Shown one piece after another: positions 28,214 to 37,908 of a stretch of DNA of 64,000 nt (position 1 is its first letter; the number at the start of each line of letters is the position of its first letter). The stretch is from assembly GCA_015680685.1 (NCBI GenBank), contig MNCI01000614.1, positions 594,868-658,867 on the forward strand, written 5' to 3'. The stretch comes from Gnetum montanum. Taxonomy: Eukaryota; Plantae; Gnetophyta. The notes under the pieces were generated by a model, which worked only from the letters and a program-made list of their open reading frames with translations, had not been told where the DNA came from and ran no database searches. A program made the position numbers and the translations under genes.

Positions 28214-28512
28214 CATAGTCTGCTATGACTATAAACTGGAATCAGCAGTTTTCCATGACTATAAACTGGCATAGATAGTCTACCATGACTATAAAATGGC
28301 ATAGAACATCTACTATGATGTTAAACTAGCATAGACGGTCTGCTACGACCTTAAACTGGCCCATCCACCATCTGCTATGATGATAAACTAGCACAATGGT
28401 CTGCTAGGACCTTAAACTAGCACAATGGTCTACTAGGACCTTAGACTAGCATTGTGGTCTACTAAGACCTTAAGCCAGTGTATCAGACGGTCTACCAGGA
28501 CCTTAAACTAGG
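28214..28512 (+). repeat. Hairpin-motif array B, copy 1: 10 units of ~30 bp just after the integrase stop
   Basis: Stems agtc/gact, catc/gatg and ggtc/gacc around 6-nt loops, each followed by wtaaactrg. Confidence 0.92.
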
Positions 28513-29678
28513 TTTGCGGCACAACCTTCTCAACTCACAATCCACAACCATTCAAAAAGGAGTGCGTGCATAGTGCTAACATGGGGTGGAGCATTACAGT
28601 CCCAGAACATAGTCCACAATGACAAGAAAAAACCCTCTGGAACATATGTGATGCCACTACCCGTAGCATCTTACCGATCCTCTGGAGATGTCGTATGACA
28701 TCTTGCTGATCTTTCGGAGCTACCGCTGCCATGGCCGGTCACCCTGGCAGTAGCTTCCATTGTTAACACCTACTGGTGGGGTCCCAACACTATTGTGGAC
28801 CAGCCACAAGGTCACTACCCTCTAGCCCCTACCATCATCCAAGCTCAAAATATGTTTAGCTATTAGGCCCCTCATCTTACAGCTAAACTGCATGATGATT
28901 TCCTTGGGCGGGGACTCCTAAGCACTCACGTCACTACAACTCTTCAACTCCTCAGTGCCAGCCCCTTAAGCCTATCACTGCCATAACCACTGCTACCCTT
29001 CCTTCTTTAGACGTTGCTTGCCTTTGCAACAATGCCTATCACTTTAGTCATGTCTAAAGCAAGTAAGACCTTTTCCTAACTACATCTCATGGTTACATTT
29101 CTCTGGTCTACTTTCTATTGTGCTTGCAAGGTACATGCTGAGACGGCATCGGTTAAAGATGCATTTCACCAAGAGAACAAGACACCACATCATTCCAAGG
29201 TGACTGCTTTGACTAGCTTAGCTACTTGGGAGTGCACATCGTACCCCTTCCTTTTAACCTTCATCATCTAGTTTCTCAAACCTGTAGTTTCCATTTTCAT
29301 ATTCCTTTTACAAGCTTTCTTGATATGTGTAAAGCCCTCCCATATGCTCAACCCCAATGTCCATGATGTACGTAATGCAACTTACTACATGGGAAGAATT
29401 TGTAGGTAGGTCAAATCCCCACACGGATGTAACCCAACTCATCCCGAGGAGGAAACACCTGTCCTGCAACAACAAGGGTGTTTGCAAATGAATATGGCTA
29501 AACAACAAAAGAAAAGTACACAAGTGTAACAAAGCTCAAAAAATAAAATAAAAAGGGAGCTAAAAAAAGGGTGTGTGCCCAAAAAAAATGGCAGACCAGC
29601 TGTCTTACAATGACCATCTCTAATCATCCCAATGAGAGGTACTCCCAAGCATAGCAAAGAGACATTTGAACAACCACT

Positions 29679-31344
29679 TGTACTAACCTAAATCATTAGT
29701 GTAAGGTTGGAAGGGAAAAAAAAAACACTAAAAGATCATCAGGCAAACACAGCTGACCATACCTTTGCCCAAGGGAAAGCAGGAAAAGAAAACAAAGGTA
29801 GAGTGCATTGGATGGTTTGCACACAAATCAACCAAGGACTTCCCTGAGCATAAACTATGGCCTGCATTGGGGTTATCGTAACTGATGTTTGAAACGTAAA
29901 TAGTGCCCACGAAATGTAAATAGAAACCTATGTAGAATTGGTATTGTAAACAAAACGTAAATTGAATGTAAAACAGAGCAAACAATATAATGGATGACAA
30001 AATTAACTATATTGTATTACTTAGAAAAGATGTGCACCAGTCAAAGTGTAGTTGCACATGTAGATGGCAAGTCAAGCGCCAAGCCCCGGGGTGATGTGAT
30101 GTGTTTTAGAACTGCTTGGATGCTAGGAGTCAAGTGTGCCCGAGCACCCAAGGATTGCTTGTATGAGTTTCCTAAGTCATAAACCTTAAAAATTGCCAAC
30201 CTTATTTATGTGAATTGATAGGGTATTTATAGGGTTTGGCTAGGTTCAGGCACGAAATTCATGGATGGAATCAATGGTTGAGAATTGAGAGGAAAATGGA
30301 TCAAGTGACACGTGTCTGATGGCCAGATGTGTGTGAGTTAGACATGTGTGGGCAAGCTATGTTTTTGACCAAGTGTATCGACTTACTCAAGCTAGCTTAT
30401 GCTCATGGAAGCACATAAATTCAAAGCATAATAGCTCAAAAAGGTCACAAATTATGAAAATGTACAATGAAATGATAATGTACAACAAGAGAAATTGACT
30501 CTAGCTCTCTTGAAACTTCTTAATCTTGAAATTAACCACTGCAAGATGTCAGTTTGGGTGATTTTGTGGCAGTTTGAGGCATCTTTGTTTGATCAGGACT
30601 TATAGTGTGAGTTGCTTGTGCCTTAGCTTGTCCTTAGCATGCTCATGCTACACTCACACTACACTCACACTACATTCATGCAGGTAACGTGACCTCAGCG
30701 TAAGTGAGCTAGAATGATGTATTTTCTAGCAAATTTTAATTTTCAAGCCTGTTTCTTGAGTGCAACTATTATCTGACTGTGTGTCTGACCTTAGGAATGA
30801 TTTGAAAATAAAAAATTGAGCTTGATGTACCATATTTTGGACCATTTTGGGTAGCTCACGCTGGACTCATGCTGCTAGCATGAGTGCAGCATGACCACTC
30901 TATAAAAACTTATAATTTTGAACTAAAATATGGAATTCTAGAGGCTGGAACTTGAATTTTTTCAATGCTGAAGTCCAAGGATAACTTGGACGTTGGGAAT
31001 CAGATCATTTTGAGTTAGTTTTGGGCTCTAAAAGTTGCTCACACTGCACTCATGCTGCCAGTGTGTGTGAGGAAATTTGCATCTTTTGATGTTGAAATTT
31101 GAATCCTTGAAAGCTGAGGCTTGGAGTTGACATTAGTGGCCCTTGAGGATGGATTTCACCTTCAAATTGGACCATATTTGACTTGATTTTTAAGCTCTCG
31201 AAGTTACTCACGCTGAGGGCAAGCTAGCTTGACAACGTGAGCAAGCTGGGCATGAGTTCCATGCCTTAGTTAAATTTTGTCTCCGAACGCTCAAAAGAGC
31301 TTGAGTCATTTTCAAAGTGCTAGGCCAAAATTAGTGATGTTTCA
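29679..31344 (-). mobile_element. Solo LTR of a Tat-type family related to 58163-59993, inserted just upstream of the copy-1 PPT
   Basis: TG..CA ends. TSD ccact/ccatc against the empty site ccacc at ~47528. Its left part is the reverse complement of ~59530-59993. Confidence 0.9.
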
Positions 31345-31445
31345 CCATCGAAGAGCAATGTTGGTATCTTTTCTTTCATGGTGTTTCATATTCTTTGTCG
31401 ATGTCTATTGGGCGAATGCTCCAGACATCCACAAAGAGGGGCTAG

Positions 31446-33328
31446 TAAAACACCATAAAATTTTAGGACTCTCATGTTTTAGTAGAGTTTTGAAAATTAG
31501 AAAAGGATTTCCACAAGTGTAGCATCATGATCATTCATACTGGGGGTACACTATCTAGTTTGGCAAGTTTTCTACCTCCAAGGAAAACAGGCTCATCGGA
31601 CTCTCTAGCCTGCCCAACTGAACAATCGACCCAGCTGACAATTTATGTAGAAACTAAGCTAGAAGTTATTGAAAGTGTTTGGGATGAGCAAAATAGTTTG
31701 GCAAGTTTTCTAGCAAATAAGTCTGCTACAGTGTGGTACGCTATGTAGTGTAGCAAGCCTTGAAAAAATAGTTGCTTAAGTGTCCAAGTGCAAGTTGACG
31801 GAATGATTGCAAAACAAGTCAAAGATTCGATCAACATAAGGTGTTGTGCTATCCTATGCTATGCTATGCTACGTAGCGTAGCATAGCGTAGCAAGGACAA
31901 AGTAGAAAGGCCTAGCTTGCTAGCTTGCTAAGTGATTCCAATAAGAAATTTTCACTAGGAAAACACTCCGGCCTCCAAACCGGTTGCCTTGTGTAGCACC
32001 AAGCCTTGAGCAAAGCTTCTTGCTAGAGAATGGCAGATTAAACGAAAAAGCAAGATACATTAGCTACTACGCTGTGCTATGCTACATAGCAGAGCAACAA
32101 TGCAAAAGCAGCAAGGGATTTTCAAACATTAGTTTAGCAAGTTCAAAGGCTTCCCGACACAAAATACAAGAGTTGTAGTTGTTAGCATGACTAAGCTTCA
32201 GACATGTTTTCAACTTTAGCACAAGTTCTAGTCAAAACTAGTGGCTACGCTATGCTACACTATGTAGCGTAGCACAACATAGCAAGCAGCCACTTACACT
32301 ATGCCAATGAACCTGAATAGTGTGAGTAATACAACACTGGTACAAAAGCATCAAGACATCTTTAGGTAGTTCTAGAACTTGTTGACAACAATCTTCCTCA
32401 CTCTAGCATCTCCTTGGCGGAACTAGCAATTTCACTCCATTTTGCAAACTCCTTGGCTAGCTGCTGAAACATTGTTCCTATGCTTGACCCTGCTCGTAAA
32501 AGAAGGAGAGACATAGTCCTAGAGAATAAGATCCATTTTTGTTTGCAATGATATCCCACTAATCTCATCACATACAGTCTCAAAGGTATAGTCACAGCAT
32601 AGCCAAGTTCATGTCCAACATTGCAAACCTACCCAGTACAAGCACATTTGCATTTTGTGGGGTCCAAGACACATGGCATCTAGGCCGCATTTCTCGCCTA
32701 CTCCTGGCCCTATAAATACCTTGGAAAACAATGCTCAAAGGGTTGGATTTTTTGGGGAGGTTACTATTTTGTTTAGAGAGTTGGCATTTTTTTACATCGA
32801 CAAGAGCAATTGGCTTGTTGGCTTTTTGCATTGGCTGGTTGGCTTCTTGATTGGCTTCTTAGCAAACGGAGTTGGATTTCTTGCTGCTATTGGCTTTTAA
32901 GCTAGCTTCCAGAAGGTGTAGTTGGCATCTTCCTTGAGCATTCTAGTTACCCTTGAGTTCTTTGTGTGTCTCCGGCATTGTATAACCTATTGTACACTCA
33001 AACAAGGCAAAGAATCAAATATGCGACCTTGGGGCAGTGCATTTTCTCACCTGATTTTGTTTTATTATTTCTTTGTTGTTATCGTTGTTTTGCACTGTTT
33101 TCTCCTTTCTGCATTTATTGTCCATCGATTTACCTCTCACATCTCACTCTCGAAACAATGTTTACGTAAGGTTAAGATACACTGACTAAGTTCCTGTTCA
33201 ATTAACTAGATCATTCAGGGTGCCCCACTTCCATTTTTCTCTAGCACGACCCTCGCATAGATCCAAGGTTAAACTGTTCATCCAATAGCCTCTCGATGTT
33301 CTAGCCATCAATGTTTTTAGTTGCTATA
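31446..33328 (+). repeat. Central shared LTR of the tandem Tat element
   Basis: Preceded by PPT aaagagggg and followed by a PBS; homologous to 47629-49489; TATAAATA at ~32711. Confidence 0.92.
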
Positions 33329-33333
33329 GTTTT

Positions 33334-33350
33334 TAGCACTAGAAGGAGGG
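33334..33350 (+). promoter_or_regulatory. PBS (tRNA-Asn, decayed TGGCGCTAGAAGGAGGG)
   Basis: tagcactagaaggaggg; the intact version is at 59999-60015 and is complementary to the plant tRNA-Asn 3' end CCCTCCTTCTAGCG-CCA. Confidence 0.8.
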
Positions 33351-33499
33351 CCTTTTGGTGCCTTTTCTATGTCCTACGGGTAGTCTTGCATGCTCTCTAT
33401 ACCCTTTCACACACTAGCATAAATGTGACACCCTTTCGTGGTTTTTTACACATTGTGTGATGCATATTGGTATCAATGACAGTTCCTTTGGATCCTGAT

Positions 33500-36400
33500 A
33501 GGATGAAAATCCTTCGATCCCCCATCAATTTCTGTGCTACTTGTTTATGATCTCCTCTTTTTACCATGCAAGATAATTCTAACAACAACCACTACTTCCA
33601 GCTTGAGCCTTGAGGCTCCTTTCTCGGCCCAAAGCACCATGTGTGCTGAGTGGCCACCTAGCCTGGTGCTATGCCACACCAATCCCTTAGGATTCAACAC
33701 ATGTCACTCGAGTTCTTGGTAGAAGATGTAGAGCATTATGAATTTATCTACACAAGATCTAGGTAGATCTACCCCTAGATCCCCCTGATGGAGACATATC
33801 AGTGGATCTTTGATCAATTGCTATGAGTCAATAGGCCTAGGGAGTGGGACAAGCTATCCAATTGTGATGAAGCATTCTAGGATAAGCAGGAAGATCTAGA
33901 CTCCTAGTCCGAGGGGGGTGATCAAACTTACCCTGTGACCATCCCTTCTTCCATAGCATTCATATCAAACCCCCTTTTTGTGGTGACTCCCTTTATGATC
34001 ACCACAAATCCACCTTAATCTATGCTCTCATCAGCCATGGGCAGCCATCCTACACCCTCAATGTATCAACAGGCACCTCCCTCAATTTCATACCCAAGCA
34101 TTCTCCCCCCCATTTTTTCCATCCTCATATTAAGCACCGGTTACACCCACGCTATCCTACATACACACCGCTTCTACTTCACAATTTCCTAGAGCCTCCA
34201 CTCCTCTCTCATCCTTTGCATCTATTCCATCATCAGTGGTGGGTCTAGCCCCAACTGCGTGGTGAACCCCATCCACTTCGCTCCCCCCCTCGTAGCCCCA
34301 CCAGATCTCACATCACTTGTATTACCAAGCATATCAGGCCCTGCAGGTGTCACAACCAAGCACGGGGCTATGCCCCATTCCATCGGTCATGCAAATGACC
34401 AACCCTACACACCACTAGCAACCACCACTTCACTAGCACCACTCACTGGGTGGTGGACCTCAAAAATTACACCCTTCACAAGGGCAGCTCCAATGGCTCT
34501 TGCTATGGGCCAGGATTCTGCCCTTGCTATGCCACAAATGATAGTTGCCCCCACAACCCTGCAACCGTATGTGTTGTCTCTAGGATTAGATCAAGTGTTT
34601 CAACTTATCCAGATCCTCATTGAATAGGTTAAACACCTCAAGGCCGTTCGTTCTAACATGGTTCAGGTCATGGATTTCTACCATGATGACCCCATTAGCC
34701 TAGTGGTTCCCATGCTTACATTACCCCTTGGGATGCTGCTCCCTCAATTTATAGAATACAATGGGGAGGGCGACCCAAATGCGCATTTGGTTACATTCAA
34801 GTTTGAGTGCTTATTGTTGCAACAATGGCCGCATACCATTATTCACATCTTTACTATGTCCCTGATAGGTAAAGCTTTAGATTGGTATCACAGACTCCCA
34901 TGCTCCTCCATCTCAACATTGGAGGAACTGCTTACCTAGTTCATGACCCACTTTAAGTATAACTTGAAGCCCAAGGTCATGCTAGATCAGTTGATGGGAG
35001 TTAAGCAAGACCTACTAGAGTCAATGCAGAGGTTTATACAGCAGTGGAGTGCCACCTTTAATGAGATCCGTGAGCCTATCACGAAGGCCCATTTGTTGGC
35101 CATCTTCAAGGGAGTGGTAAATGATTTCATTAAATCCAAGCTGTATTACCTAGCCCTAGGATCTCTCAGCCAAGCTTTTTCACAGATAAGAAGCATTCAA
35201 GATGCGGTCAAAGCTAGCAAGAACCTAGCCTATGTTGCATATAAAAGCACATATACTAAAAAAGGACAAAGAGAAGGGCAAGGTCGCAATGACCACGGTG
35301 GTCACAATGGCAAATGAGGCCAAGTCCAACAACAATAATAAGAAAGTGGCCACAGCACCAACTAACCCCTTGCATACACCAAGCAACGTTGCACAACCCT
35401 CCACATTGACACTAGAAGTGCCCACCCCACCTAAACCTAATTTCAAGCATAAAGATTGCTCCAAGTACACCCCACTACCCATCAAGCCTTCATAAATTCT
35501 GAAGCAATTGCTAGGGGCGGGGTACATTCAGCATAAGCAGATGTTAAAGGAGGCAACCAAAAGGCATCAATGATATTGCGAACTTCTTAGGAACCCCTCC
35601 TTGGCTATGTCCAACGAGCCCCCAGTTCGTAAAAACTTCAGGCTAGAGTGGTTCTGGGACTACCACCAACTTTGTGTTCATGACACGGATTACTGTCTAG
35701 CCTTAAAAGATGACATTCAATGGATGATTGATCATGGGAAGTTGATGCTAGATGAGAGTAATCCCATCTACCCTAAAAATCAATCCATGCATGTTTACAA
35801 GGACCTACTCAATGCTAACGATGTGGCGTACATCATTAACATGATTGGTGTAGATGGTAATCTGGAACCACCACAACAACCGTTTGTGATTCGTGTACCT
35901 CAACGCAGGGTAGCAACACCAACAACGGCAAAAAAGACAGCACAACAAATTTTTGTACTTAAGGTCCCTCCTCGAACATCTGCCCCCACACCTTTTGTAG
36001 TCAAAACCACACCACCCCTCACACTAATGCACCAAACCCCATTCATCATTATGGGGCCAAAACACTTAAGTATCCCCATTCCCAAAACCAGTGTAAAATG
36101 GCATCACAGCCTTCTCGTTCAAGGAAATGGGAAGAGTGTCTGATAGGTGAAACAACTACAGAAAGTACCACCCAAAGTCCTTCCAAGCCTACTCCTTTAT
36201 CCTCTGCATCTATGCCCACCTTGTCACCAAAATTTAACACCGCTACACATGCATGATCATCGCCACCTTACTCGAAAGGATCTAGCCCCAAACCTGAAAC
36301 TGCTCCTCCTTGGGAGATCTGTCTTCTAGGAAAAATGGAGGAAGAGAAGGGTGGTAAGCAACAGGAAGGTGGAAAAGACCTCTTAAGTGATTTTAGTAAG

Positions 36401-37290
36401 GTAAAACAGGCTCTAAAAAAAAGAACACAACACTGAGCCTGTACGACCTCGTAATGACTTCCACCGCACATCGTGAGGCTTTGATTCACATGCTAATGTC
36501 CATACCAGTTGATGAGAACATGTTGGCAGAAGAGAAAGCAATCCATTCAGTTATGCTTTCTTCTATGCTTGAAGAACTGCAGCCATCCCAATTGACATTC
36601 TGTGATGAGTCCATTAAGGAAGACCCTAAAAAGGATCAGGCAATCACAACATCCCTGTTCATCACAATTTGGATTGATAAACACAAGATTTGAAGAGTAC
36701 ACATTGATGATGGGGCTGCTACAAATGTCATCTCATTCCCCATGGACAAACTAGGTTTGGTAGACCAAATCAAACCCACGACAACATCATGTCTGAAGTC
36801 ATTCAATGGGGCACGAGTAATGGTGAAAGGCACTATCCACATTGACTTTGTGGCAGGGGACTAGTTCCCCACAAGTGCGATGTTTATCATGGTGGAAGAG
36901 ATGCCCAGGTTTAACCTAATCTTGAGGAGATCATGGTTAGCCCAACTCAGGGTTGTCTCTTCATCCATACATCAGGAAATCTATTTACCTTATGCAGACA
37001 GGGAGGTGGTGATACATGGTGACGAGATGACAACCCAGGCAATAAATAACGTAGACATAGAGCAAGGTTTAGAGGTCATAACCTCTGAGAATGAGGCACC
37101 TATTTCTACCGATACTAACTATTTGACAAAAGAGCCAGCCCAAGATGTTGACTTAGAAAATGAAACTGCATGGGCCAAGTTGCCTTTTCAAGTGGTAGAC
37201 GACGATGCAGAAGAATACCGCAACAAAGCCTCTTAGCCTTATGTGTCGCCAAGCCCATGATGGGTTAGAAAGTAGTTGCAAGAATTATCG
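33500..37290 (+). pseudogene. gag: Tat gag-protease, copy 2
   Basis: YNGEGDPNAHLVTF..SLIGKALDWY (retrotransposon gag); YHQLCVHDTDYC knuckle; protease VHIDDGAATNV and FNLILRRSWL. Homologous to 60094-63490. Start and end are approximate. Confidence 0.9.
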
Positions 37291-37437
37291 TTACTCATGT
37301 AGTGTAACAACTCCACTACACCTTACCTAATTAATGCCCATTATACATTTTTCCCTATTTTCTTCACATTTCCTCATTTACACTAAGTGTCTAACTTATT
37401 CTTTAAATCATTCACATGTCCTCCATTTTTATTATGC

Positions 37438-37622
37438 CACAGCTTGTTAAGGCCTAAAACTGACAAAATGTTTTCTTTACCATCATCACCATGGCCCGAA
37501 ATAGTGTAAAACTACACAGCTCGAAATGGCCTAATTACACATGGCCCAAAATGGCCTAAAACTAGTGATAGCCCAAAATGACCTTAAACTATTGCAATAG
37601 CCTGAAATGGCCTAAAACTAAA
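37438..37622 (+). repeat. Hairpin-motif array C: GGCC-CGAAAT-GGCC-TAAAACT-like, ~6 units
   Basis: e.g. atggcccaaaatggcctaaaactag at 37541. Confidence 0.8.
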
Positions 37623-37908
37623 ATGAGACGTTCCAAATGAATTTTATATTTCAATTTTTTTCTTTCATAAATTAATAATTTTTGTCACATTAATCGAATC
37701 CAAATAAATTGGTTAGCTGCTACCCTATGACCCTCCACCTATTCCATCATTTTCTACATCAGTAGACCCCATCTTTTCATCTAGAACCTACACCATAAAA
37801 AAATGAACTAGTCAGCTAAAGTCACCATAAAGACTCCAACAAAATAAATTGACGATGCACCAAAGGGTAATTGATCCAAGATAGACTCGCATCTATTTCT
37901 GGAGGTAT

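Larger units (their letters stand above)
19262..31445 (+). mobile_element. Tat-type Ty3/gypsy element, internal copy 1 (5'-truncated inside the PR-RT intervening region)
   Basis: Collinear with ~37642-47628; contains RT-RH-aRH-INT. Confidence 0.9.

Noticed and set aside
28214-28512. Hammerhead ribozyme or preQ1 riboswitch
   Set aside because: There is no CUGANGA/GAAA core, and the resemblance to preQ1-I is only in the hairpin plus A-rich tail geometry.
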